This document shows, piece by piece, positions 14,101-25,832 of a DNA stretch of 64,000 nucleotides; the first letter of the stretch is position 1, and every line of letters starts with the position of its first letter. The stretch comes from Takakia lepidozioides. Lineage: Eukaryota; Plantae; Bryophyta. The DNA is taken from NCBI GenBank assembly GCA_030704615.1, contig CM060731.1:81840001-81904000 (forward strand). Reading direction: 5' to 3'. Position numbers and translations under genes: made by a program. The notes under the pieces are model-generated. The model was not told the DNA's origin. It did not search any database and worked only from the letters and a program-made list of their open reading frames with translations.

Positions 14101-17100
14101 GTTTCCCTTTCACATGCAGAATAACGACTTCATTGGATACCCCAGGTACATGAAAGTGAAACCAAAACAAATGGATACAAGCTTGTGTTAACACAATGTT
14201 GCTCGGCTGCACGTCCAGAGCCTTCAGAGCTCCCTGAAAACCTCCGAATTCGCAGTTCTACATGGAAAAAACGAAACAAGAATACAGAAACATACACTTC
14301 AAGTACCAGAATTGTTTCTTGGAGGTCACACCTATACAACACTCGTTTCATTGCTTGCTCGCTGTTGTACTGGTTTTTGAATTCGTAGGACCTGGAGATT
14401 CTTTTTTCTCTCTCAAACTCCCTGAAAAACAGTTGTTCCAGACAGCGAGCTTCCATCTCCTGATATAGGCCTCCAGTGTGATCCGGGGGCAAGACATCTG
14501 GATTTTGTAGTTTGCCATTGACTCCCCAAGTGCAGCCACCGCTCATTTTTCCAACTGCAGCAAGAAATATCATAAAAATTGTGGAGAGAGCACGGAGCAG
14601 CACAAGCATTTGAAAATGGTTTTGTGGAAACTTTACCTGGCTCTAGAAGGTTGCTTTGTGTAGCCACTGGTCGAATGTGTGGTCGCTAACAACTTTTATT
14701 GCTTGTGTCTTGGAGTCCCTCTCAGGAGATGGGAACATGTTGGTGTCTCTCACAAGTGGATCGGAATTCCAGATCTCCAACCACCTGATTTTGGTTGCAT
14801 TGTCCACCATTGAAATGGAAAGGCGATGCAGTTTTTCTTGGGTCATCTCTGGCTTTGAGCCATACTTGTCATAAGGTGCTTTCACCTGTTCCAGAAATTT
14901 CGTGCCAAGACTTGGATCTGCTATGCGGATTTGTTTGTCGAACGCACTCATGAGGTTCTTCCTTTGATTGTTCATCTCGAATTTCATTATGTCCTCAAGC
15001 CCAGTAGCAGACCTCTGCTCTTCTGTGTGGGAAGCATAGTACTCTGCTTTCGCCTTCAAACCAGTTTCTGCTATTTCTTGCTGCATACATTACAGGGAGA
15101 AAGAATCAAACATTGCCGTTTCTTGATAAAATTTGCAGTAACAACAATCAAACAGATATCAAGAAGCATACCGTGTACATGTAGTCAAGAAAAGCCTCCC
15201 TCGTCAGGTTGTACCATGTGCTTGTCTTCTTTTCAGCACACCTCTTCATCTGCTGAGGACTGAGCACGTTCGTGAATGACTCCACTGGCATCAGCCCTAT
15301 CTTCTGGATACGGAATAGAGTGTGGCAGAGATTTGTCGTCACATGGGAGGTTTCATTGGACCTGGAAAAACCTTCAACTCATAAGATGATTTCTAATTGT
15401 GCAAACGCAGATCGGAAGGGGAACAATGTTGGTAACTTACTTGTTTATGTCGTGCATGGCTGTCAAGAGCTGCGTGACACGTCCTTTGTGGTTGAGTACC
15501 ATGGAAACCACGCTCCAATGCCATTCGATCTCGTCCGAGTGCAAGCTTGAAATGTAATCCATCCAGGCAAGTAGTCTATGGTTCCCATCCCAGACAAAAA
15601 ACATCTTTCCCATAAACGCTTTTGTGGAGGCCTTTTTGGACAACTTGAACTCAAACTCCCTGTTTACATCCTGCCAACATGCATCCCAACTTTGCTCTGT
15701 CTCCTCTGTTACAGGACACTCCTCTCCTTTCGTGTTCACAATGGATACATAGAACACAACAGATCCCTTGACATAGCCGTGAACAAAATCGTTCTTCAAC
15801 TTCGTGATGTCGTTCCTCAATGCGGGTCGAACCGCGGGCATGGAGATCATCCTGCATAGTGGGATAACCAGGTTTCCGCCGGGAACCTCCATCGACAGAA
15901 TCACCTTCGAGGAGTTCACTTTCTGCCCACCCATAACCTCCTCGGCCTTGTCTTCATAGTGTCCCTCAAATGACTCCTCCTCACCATCACCTTCTGCCAC
16001 TTCTGCATCTCCCCCCACGGATTTTCTTTTTCTTTTCCTCTGCACAGAATGAATATCCCAGTGAGTGACAGATTGAGCTCCCATGGATCTACCTTGCGTT
16101 GACGCAAGGTTGATTGATGGGGATGCAGCTTAGTCTGAAATGCATATAGTCCATTGAACCAACTAAATGCTTTGCGTTGACGCAGGGTTCTTTTGGTGGC
16201 TTCAGATAATCGACTTTCCCTACATTGCGTTTCCTGGTGCGAGACTTCAGATGTAAAGAGTGGCATCAGAATCAGCCTCGCGTCAACGCAAGGTTGATTC
16301 AAGTGCTGAATCTGCTTCATGTCACCTTCATAAACAAACGCTTTGGAGGTTGACATCAACCTTGCGTTGACGCAAGGTTGCTGTGGAGCTCTCAGATTGG
16401 TGTTCAACAAACAAAAAAATCACATGGAAAGGCACATTGCAACTTATGGTTTCTTCTTGGCACTGTATGATGCACCGGGAGTATTCAACAGTTCCATGGC
16501 TGCCAGGCATTAAGGGTTTGTGGGATTGAACAGAAAAGGCACACGAATCAACCTCGCGTCAACGCAAGGTTGATTCGAGTGCAGCATCTGCACTCGTTTC
16601 ATGCCCAGAACATACATTGTGGAGGTCGACATCAACCTCGCGTTGACGCAAGGTTGATGTCGACCTCTCTGATGAGCATGGAACAGACAAAAAATAAAAT
16701 AAAGAGGGTGGATAGTCACCTCTGGTTTCTTCTTTGCACTTGATGATGCTCCTGAGGCATTCAACTTTTCCATGGGGTCTGGAGGCAACATACTTCCAAG
16801 GAGGTCCCGGTGGTGCGAAACAACGGCAGACGGTATGGTCTCTGTGTCCATGTCTCCTCCCTGCTCTCTCAAGACCTGGTTCTCCACTCGCAGTGCTTCC
16901 TCCTGAGCCCAGCTGACTTCCTCGTCCTCCCCCCCTTCAATTGGAGGTTGCTCTTCGTTCGCCTCCGGGATCACTTGAAGACCTTTCTCTCCAAACAGTG
17001 GTTGCAGAATCGGGTTTTGGCGTTCGTCCTCATCTCCGCCGGAGGTTTCCTCTCCCATTATAAGTTCCCGTCTCGCCTTCCTCATCCTCTCCTTAGCGCG

Positions 17101-17169
17101 TACCCTTTGCTTGTTTGATGTGAAGTAAAGTGTTCTTCGACATTTTCTTCTCCCTCGGGATATGGTCAC
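11182..17169 (-). pseudogene. Multi-exon ParB/Srx-like plus beta-class amino-methyltransferase-like gene (element A)
   Basis: Exons encode IPLCRMISMPAVRP...FFVWDGNHRLLAW (15437-16084), QEKLHRLS (14643-15086), CGWYLDLP (about 13150), DLVVLDIPD...W...FLSDSG (12210-12545), WEKSPAFMQTLVETCSRHGGRVVDLSMGTG (about 11845-11945) and ASFHACKSAGRHFFGMEAD (about 11700-11757); at least one in-frame stop near 13247. Confidence 0.75.
13441..16655. repeat. About 12 dispersed intronic copies of the palindrome AACCTTGCGTTGACGCAAGGTT
   Basis: Copies near 13441, 13579, 13663, 13758, 13895, 14063, 16090, 16172, 16275, 16358, 16550 and 16633, lying between coding exons. Confidence 0.85.
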
Positions 17170-17861
17170 CGTCTCTACAGAATCCAGGGTTGCAAAGACA
17201 ATATGGAGAAGAAGGAAAAAAAGGGGCTACGGTTGTTTCAGCGCAAGGCCTTCCACGCCAAGATGATCGCTCGGATTGACCTATGCGCCACATGCTCATT
17301 CCACATGCATGGCGAACACGTGTCCATCTAACCGTTATGTATATCTCCGGAAATTATTTTTTCCTCATCCACCGAAATTCGTTCGGGTCCACCTCTCATC
17401 CGAAAAAGTTCATTGATGAGTAATAGCTTTTGGGATGTTTCAGAGGAATGTGAAGTATATACAGTTGTACAGCGGTGCAAGTGCCGTTAAAATTGAATGG
17501 AAATGGGCATCTCATCTGGAATCTCTGACATGACAGGCAAATGGCGGCTCTGTCAGTGAATCTTGCTGAGTTGGTTGTCCAATGCACTGGTGGGGCACCT
17601 CTGATAAAACAGTTGCATTCTTTGATTAGGGCTGACATTATCCACTCCGCATTTGGGCACTCTGCGACCGTCCACTTGGGTCGCATGGGGACACATTTCT
17701 ACGATGTGCCGAACCGCGTTAGGAGACCTGCAAACGGGTGCGACACCTGCAACTGTGTGTAAGGACGTCATCTATACAGCCAAAAAACTCCGCTCTAGTA
17801 CAACCTGCAATCAGAAGCAACGTCGGACTGTGAACTGTTCGTTTTGAAGCAACATTGACAG

Positions 17862-18328
17862 ATGGCTTCCCAGCCCATGGGCTCCATTGACGCGGACTTC
17901 TTCAATGAGGACCACCCTGTTCCCTTTTCTTACGAGGTGGAAGATGACGGTTTTGCGGTGGTGCATGAACACGTGCTCGCAACGCAGTTTCGGTTGGAAA
18001 ATGGAACTCTATTCCTTGAAAGGGAAGTTTACGATGCCAATGGAAAACTGCTCAAGTACGCGTTCCAGAAACCTTCGCATACTGCACCAACCACACAATG
18101 GAGAGTGACTCCAGGTAGATACAGGGTGCTCAGTGCTCCTCGGAGACAGTCTGCAGGATCGTTCGTTACTCCTGGCACGGCAGCATCAGTGGCCCAAGGA
18201 AAAACACCCGTGGTTGTCAAGAAGGAGTCAAGTACCGTTAACACTGTAGTTGAACTTTCGGACTCATCCTCCGATGACGCCTGTGAAATACTGCCCGTGG
18301 ATCAGCCATGTCCACATCAGGAAGCAGA
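17862..18328 (+). pseudogene. Transposase A, N-terminal part
   Basis: Homologous to the N-terminus of transposase B (DDGFAVVHE...WRVTPGRYRVL...RRQSAGSFVTPGTAASV); similarity ends at about 18328. Confidence 0.85.
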
Positions 18329-19499
18329 CACTACAACAGATTGCGGCTTTTACGTCTCTGTGTTATGACTGCAAATGCAATTATGGAAGCCATTTACGAC
18401 TTCCTGACTCTGAAGATGTAAAAGCCTAGTCAGTTGTGACATGGCAGATATGACTCTCCAGGTTGGCTGTGACGTGGCGCCTGAGCAGCTGTGGGGGTAG
18501 TCATACACGCTGGCTTTACTGAATGACTGAACGGACAGTGTAGTCCATGTCAGCGGTTGTGCAAGAGTGGCACGTGCTCAATACAGGAAATGACACGTGG
18601 CAGAATGTTCGCTCTCCATGACGGCGAACTATAACTACGGGCGTGCTAATCCGGTTGCAACACGTGGTGCGTTGCAATTTTTACACGTGGTCCCTGAGCA
18701 GATTGACATGTGTCATGATGGGTGTTTTTTTGGGTGTATTGCTATTTTTTTACATATTTGTATTTCTGCCACGTGGTGTAGTACTATTGAAGAGTGAAAA
18801 TAGATGTAGTCATTATTATAACTATGATAGCAGTCGTGTACATGTCTATTACAACAATGAAATATAATATATAATACAAAGAGAACAAGGCAGCAAGACA
18901 TAACTGCAACAAGCTTAGCAAAACCAAGAGATTGTACACCATCTCTATTTACCAATCTATTTATCATTATCATTTTTGTCGCGATCTAAAAATACATAAA
19001 ATAGTCACATGTTCTCATGTGAATTATATTGTCTAACTATAACACTTTGAAAAGTGTTCACCTAGAATCTTCTGACTACTCATGTATTCCATCAATCTGC
19101 AACCCATCAAAAACTAAGGCTTGCATGGCTTTAAGAATTACTACAGCAAGGACATCTGTTTGTTTTCCAAGTTCTTGCATAAGATGCACCAACCAACATT
19201 GCATTGTGAGACACTCACTCGCTATACTCCAAAGCGTCCAGGGAAGGTCACTGAGCAACCTGCCAAGGCGGAAACAATTAAGAGAATTATCTAATACCAT
19301 ATATGAAAAACCAATGCCAGTGTTGTTTATGGTAACTTCTATCCCATGGACTCGTAAACAAACCAAAGCAAAAAGGTTGGTGTGTGTTGGCGAAGTCGTC
19401 AGATACTTCACAAATAAACATGCACTAAAAATGAGAGCCAGGAGGATAGGAAGGTCACTCACATTTATACAAAGACGTCTTGCCCATTGCCCAGCACAC

Positions 19500-21430
19500 T
19501 GCGTCACCCACACTCTATCTCTACTCCTTCAGCTATCCATGCCTCTGCACAAATCAAGCATTCATCCTTGCCTTGCTGCTAGCAGCTGACAATGACAGCC
19601 TACATTTGTTCTAGGAAACACCCAACTCAGCGTAGCACACTAGTTCCTATGCTGAATTGCGTCTGCTACTCTCTGAAATGTAGCAGGCATTCACCTTTCT
19701 GCCCCGGTTGACCCATCAGTGACTGGTCTCAGATAAGTATTCATTCCACAACTTCTCCTCATCTCGGTTACCTATTTTTTGACACTTTTCTGTTGTCACA
19801 TTGGAGTATCATGTCAAAGTCACTCCAAACTAGATTCACTCAACCAGCTAACTTGCAGAATTGAACATGTAAATTTAGGGCCGATTCTGATAAGAGGGAA
19901 AAACAGGGTGAAATGTGTTGAAGAAGATGCCTTCATTAGCAGTGCCTGATTTTATCACTTGTGCCGCTGCTGCCAGTTGACCATCTACCCATGCAGGTTT
20001 CTTGTAGCTTTTGAGAATCACAGGTAATTTTGTGCTTGAAATCTGGCCCTCTTGGATGAATCTGGACCCACACGAAATCCCTGCTCCTTCAGCTATCCAT
20101 GCCTCTGCACAAATCATGCATACATCCTCGCCTTGCTGCTAGCAGCTGACAATGATAGCCTAGAATTGTCAAAGCAAACACTAGCAGGGAAAACAGGGTG
20201 AAATATGTTGAAGAAGGTACCTTCACCCGTTTCCCCATCATTTGCTTTCAGGTGTCCAAAGCCCCATCCCGCGCTCCTACTCTGCACACCCTGCAAGCAT
20301 CGCATTCCACAACACCACATCTGGTTCAGCCATAGTGTTGAACACTCCCTTGGCATCCTCAATGCTCCCACATTTAGCATACATGGCCACCAGAGCAATG
20401 TTTAGGATGACATCTGGTACAATTGCAGATTTGATGGTGTCACCAGGGATCTCTTTGCCCTTTTCTAAGGCTGTCAGACGCACTGCAAACGCACACAAAC
20501 GTTATGTCGGCGGCCTTCACCCCTTCCCCCATCATTTGCTCAAAGGTTGGAGCCTCCCCAGTTGTGCATACCCTGCAAGCATCGCACTCCACGACACCAC
20601 ATCTCGTTCAACCACAATGTTGAACACTCCCTTGGCATCCTCGATGCACCCACATTTGGCATACATGTCCACTAGGGCAGGGGCAGTATTCAGAAGGACA
20701 TGTGGTAATTTGACAGGCATTCACCTCCTGACTTGGCTATTCCCAACCCATCCTGCCATTGGCAACAGATTCCACAGAAACTGATAGTTGTCTGTTTGAC
20801 TGTATAACTATGTATCTCTTGCTTTCTTACAGCTTGTACTGTGACACGCGTAATGCTCTTGCTGTATTGAATCACTTCACGCCTTCAGGTTTCAGAACAA
20901 ACATTACCGTCTTTCTTTATCAGACACGTGCACCAAGACAGAATCTCACCAAAAGATTGTTGGTGTTCAATAGTACCATACATGAAGATAACTAGCACCA
21001 AAAGGGCATATGAAGCTTACACTGCTCTCCACTGGTATTAACCTGCACTAGGACTTTCAATGGCTGTCTTCCAGTCCACCCATGGCCCGCTGTAAATGGC
21101 TTGCAACCTACAAATTTTCAAGAGAGCTGATTACCATGAAAATTTCAAAATTGGATTTACAAACCTAATAATTCAAGCATAATCAGCATTCAAGCTAAGG
21201 AAGCTTTACAAGCATCGTGTTGCGAGTAAAGCCTTTGCAATGTCACCAGGAAATCCCTGGCTGAATGGATGAAACTGAAATAATGGAGCTTGAAATCTGG
21301 CCCTCTTGGACGAATTTGGGCCCACACTCTATCCCTGCTCCTTCAGCTATCTATGCCTCTGCACAAAATCATGCATACATCCTTGCCTTCCTGCTAGCAG
21401 CTGACAATGACAGCCTAGAATTGTTCCAAC
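19500..21430 (-). pseudogene. Degenerate PLS-class PPR gene fragments
   Basis: [20 protein letters not shown]...[14 protein letters not shown] (20532-20720) and [20 protein letters not shown]...DVVLWNAMLAG (20277-20498); frameshifted; a ~100-bp piece recurs at about 19525, 20080 and 21335. Confidence 0.85.
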
Positions 21431-21489
21431 AAACACCCCCAACCCTACTATCAACAAGCAATGAGCTAACTTACAAAATTCAATATGCA

Positions 21490-23100
21490 TCTCAGGGCCG
21501 AGTCTGATGAGAGGGCAAAACAGGCTGAAATAGGTCGAAGAAGAACCTGTGCCCTCACCACACTGTCCTTGATCTTGTGTCATGACCCATGGAGGATTTG
21601 ACCGACAAAAGGACCTCTTGTGTGTGATGCTTGTGTCTGTAGTCAGGTAATGTCGGATTGGTCAGTGAGAACCTGCACCACGGTGCAGCTGAGCAGGCAG
21701 ACATTGAAATACGGCCTGCTAAGACCAAGCTGACTCTCCCAAGAACCTTATAAACATCAGGAAGAATATCAAATCATGGTACTAATAGGAGCCAACAACC
21801 CACATTTGCAGGATGGACAAACTTCTCACATCGTACATTAAGAAAAAGCCACACTTTGTGATTGCGGTTGTCGCACCCTCGTGAAGGATCTTTAAAAAGC
21901 TCATGCCAGCTCTATTCCATGATTCAAATTCAGGGCAGAGTCTGATGAGAGGGCAAAACAGGCTGAAATAGGTCGAAGAAGAAGGTGCCCTCACCACATT
22001 GTCCTCGACCTTGTGTCATGACCCATGGAGGATTTGACTGAACATGAACCCAAGATGACCTCTAGTGTGTGCTGCTTGTGTCCGTAGTTAGGTAATGTCG
22101 GATTGGTCAGTGAGAACCACCACGGTGCAGCTGAGTGGGAGAGATTGAAACACGGCCTGCTAAGACCAAGCTAACTCTCCCAAGAACCTTGTAAACATCA
22201 GGAAGAATACCAAATCATGGTACTAACAGGAGCCAACAACCCACATTTGCAAGATGGACAAACTTCTTCACATAATACATTAAGAAAAAGCCACACTTTG
22301 CGATTGCGGTTGTCGCACCCTCGTGAAGGATCTTTAAAAAACTCATGCCAGCTCTATTCCATGATTCAAATTCAGGGCCGAGTCTGATGAGAGGGCAAAA
22401 CAGGCTGAAATAGGTTGAAGAAGAAGGTGCCCTCACCACATTGTCCTCGACCTTGTGTCATGACCCATGGAGGATTTGACTGAACATGAACCCAAGATGA
22501 CCTCTAGTGTGTGCTGCTTGTGTCTGTAGTTAGGTAATGTCGGATTGGTCAGTGAGAACCTGCACCACGGTGCAGCTGAGCAGACAGACATTGAAACACG
22601 GCCTGCTAAGACCAAGTTGACTCTCCCAAGAACCTTATAAACATCAGGAAGAATATCAAATCATGGTACTAACAGGAGCCAACAACCCACATTTGCAGGA
22701 TGGACAAACTTCTTCACATCATACATTAAGAAAAAGCCACACTTTGCGATTGCGGTTGTCGCACCCTCGTGAAGGATCTTTAAAAAGCTCATGCCAGCTC
22801 TGTTCAATGATTCAAATTCAGGGCCGAGTCTGATGAGAGGGCAAAACAGGCTGAAATAGGTCGAAGAAGAAGGTTCCCTCACCACATTGTCCTCGACCTT
22901 GTGTCATGACCCATGGAGGATTTGACTGAACATGAACCCAAGATGACCTCTAGTGTGTGCTGCTTGTGTCTGAAGTTAGGTAATGTCGGATTGGTCAGTG
23001 AGAACCACCACGGTGCAGCTGAGTGGGCAGAGATTGAAACACGGCCTACTAAGACCAAGCTAACTCTCCCAAGAACCTTGTAAACATCAGGAAGAATACC
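21490..23100. repeat. Tandem repeat, about 440-446 bp unit, about 3.6 copies
   Basis: CAGGGC(C/A)GAGTCTGATGAGAGGGC recurs at about 21493, 21931, 22373 and 22819. Confidence 0.92.
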
Positions 23101-25164
23101 AGCGGAGTCAGCCTGGTTAAACGTATGCAGAAGGGTGGCAATCTAGGCAACTGCTTCTTTATGTTCGATCACGTCAAGAGGGTTAAAGACTGGACCACAA
23201 TGGCATGTCATGTTTACGACCCTGTGTACCAGCGTGTCATGACAATTGCAGTGTGTGACATGCAGTCAGAGGACACAGATTCACAGCAGCTCATGTGGGA
23301 AGCTCTCATTCGTGTTATGGCCTCCAATGGTCTCCCATCTCCCAATTTTGTTGGTTTCATGGCCGACAGTGCTCAAGCTAACTTCAATGCTGTCCGCATT
23401 GTATTCGGGACGGGAGATCCGAAAGTGCCAATGCCTGGAAGAGAACGTACGTGTCTTTTCCATTGGACACAATCCCTGGATAAACACACAAAGGCAGACA
23501 TCAAGCCAGATATGTAGAGTATGCATCGTCAACTGTGCAAACAGTACAAAGACGCCAAAACTATGGGGGAAGCGAATACATTGTTCTAGACAATTCGTGC
23601 CTGGTGGTACTCATCTGAAGCGGCATCGGAGGACAGCATGAGGGCACTGGAAGACTGGTTTGCATTTTGGCACTTCCGTTACCGACAGTGGGGAGCGGCC
23701 ATGACAACGGTGAGCGGTTTGCATTCACCTTCATTTGGGTGCTTTGGATATATCTTTCAGGGTCCCATTCTAATATCGGCTTTGTGTTTTTCTGCCTTGC
23801 AGCATATGTCCATTGAGGAGATGGCGGACATGCCGTCTTGCAATCTAGCGGAGACAATGCACAATGTCTGGTTGCAGCAATCCGGCAAAAAGGGAAGAGA
23901 TTTGTATGCGGCTACGGCCGATGACCTTATCCGTGCTCTGCAGCAGCAAACCAGATACAGGTCATTCTTGAGGGGTGGCCTTGGAAGCAAAGGCCCGGAC
24001 AAGAGCGAGTTGATGTTGCGGGCAGCCCGAAGATCGGGGGATCCCAGCAAAATAGCGCGGGCAGTGAGCACATGTGCAGATGGCACCCCTCTCGTGGGAA
24101 GAGTTCCCCATCTGGAAGGCGAAGAGAGATTCGGGTCTTGCAAACGGAAATTGGATACCCCTCCCGGATCGGATGCAGACTCCCATAGGGCGGACAGGGT
24201 CAACTTCTCAACGCCACATGTTCCCTTGGATCAGAGATGGAATTGCGGAACATCCACAGGTGAGGGCCATTCTGCCCCAGACCGGACCCCTGCATCAACC
24301 ACTGTCACTACAATGGTTGAAGACCAGAACGTGGTGCGGCATGTAATAGAGTCCATGTGCTTGGATGAGGTTTGGCATATAGAACGCACAAGTGCTGGAT
24401 CGCGTGTGAAATGCGCGGCGATCAGGGCCACCAATCATGAAAAATGTACATCATTAATATCCAGAGGGAAAGAACGCACTGCAGCTCCTACATTCACTGG
24501 TTTAGAGACAAAGAACCACAAGTTTTGGTTTTGCGCTGACAATTGCGGGAGATGTGTGCATGGGACAGTGAGGCCCTCCATGGTGAGGAAGCCTACTCCA
24601 CCAACCGTGTGGCCTGTGAAGATAGGCACAGGTCTCACTCACCAAGAGATCGCAATGCTGGAAGAGGCAGGTTTCTCCCTAGCCAAACATTCCATTACGC
24701 GTGAAGGTGCTTCAAGTACAAGCGGTTCATGGGTACCTCCGCTTGACGCTCACTTGTGGCCAACCAGACGGAATGGGAAGTTGGTTCGACGATTCCCTCC
24801 AACCGCAGAACACTATGGCAAAATCGAGTCCGCGAGAATGCTTCACGCTCGTGTTGCGGGAACAATGGAAGTGCCTGATCCAGGGTATGGTCGGGTCTTC
24901 ACCATGATCTCATCCGCATCTGCGCTGCAGGACAAGATGTACGACATCACTGTTTCCAATTTTCCAAATTGTACCTGTCCTGATTTTGTTGGTATGCTTT
25001 CAAGTAGTTTGGGAAAGAGAAGGAAGTTCATACCGTGCAAACACCTTTACTTTGTCTTCTTGAGAAGGATGGTTTGTGATCCAAAGCGGGACTTCTTCAT
25101 TCACCGAGCCACTATGAGTTTCAACGAAGTCAACACACTTCTACAGCGAGATACAAGCCCATAG
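23101..25164 (+). pseudogene. Transposase A, MULE DDE core plus SWIM zinc finger
   Basis: FMFDHVKR (D1), FMADSAQA (D2), TCLFH (CxxH), CNLAETMHN (E), SWIM CTCPDF...PCKHLY; intron 23710-23802; premature TAG stops at about 23515 and 23587. Confidence 0.88.
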
Positions 25165-25364
25165 AAAGCATTCACTTGACACTCCGAAATCTGTGTTTTC
25201 CTTGACTACAACTTGTAATGGAATGACTGTTCAAGTCCAGTGTCTCTCAATGTATGTCGTCTAACATCTTTGCTATGCGTGGGTCAATGCATTTGTCGCA
25301 TTGGTTTGTCATTTTGTTTTCATTAGCAAGCACAAGAAACTACCTTCAGATAGACAGATGATCA

Positions 25365-25625
25365 AATCAACCTCGTGTTAACACGAGGTTTACTTGGAGT
25401 TTTCCAAATCCCCCTTGTGCCGACACAAGGTTGATTTTAGTTCTAAGAAAAGAACACCGTGTCAACACGAGGTTGATTCGGAGAACACGAGGTTGATATG
25501 AAGTTCTCCGAATCAACCTCGTGTTGACACGATGTTGATTTTAGTTCCAGGAAAACAACCTCGTGTTAACACAACGTTCATTTCAGTTCTAGGAAATGAA
25601 GCTCATGTTAACAGAAGGTTGAACT
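25365..25625. repeat. Subterminal cluster of the palindrome variant AACCTCGTGTTRACACGAGGTT
   Basis: About 5-6 full or partial copies just inside the right end of element A. Confidence 0.8.
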
Positions 25626-25832
25626 CCAGGAAAGCCCAAAACCCTTCATCCATTTCACCTTCATGTGGTGATATCAGCAGTTGGGGGCCCCATGGTTATA
25701 GGCCCACCTTCTTTGTGGTGACGTGGCATGACCTGGACCAGGCTCACGCCATGTCTGCATCAGCGCCACGTCATCATTGTGTGAGCGTACGCTCACGCGC
25801 TCACGCGCCAGGCTCACGCGGTAGCGTCGTTG

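Larger units (their letters stand above)
10746..25832. mobile_element. Mutator-like transposon A (ParB-MTase gene plus transposase)
   Basis: 9-bp TSD CCATGGTGA at 10737-10745 and 25833-25841, with the empty site intact in gypsy copy 2; imperfect TIR GGGGAATGCTTGCGCGTGAGCCTGG / CCAGGCTCACGCGGTAGCGTCGTTG; MULE transposase inside. Confidence 0.9.

Noticed and set aside
19500-21430. Functional PPR host gene
   Set aside because: Fragmented, frameshifted, duplicated and located inside a transposon
21347-22885. Repeated 70-78 aa ORFs (SSSTYFSLFCPLIRL)
   Set aside because: They arise from the ~440-bp tandem repeat and show no recognisable domain
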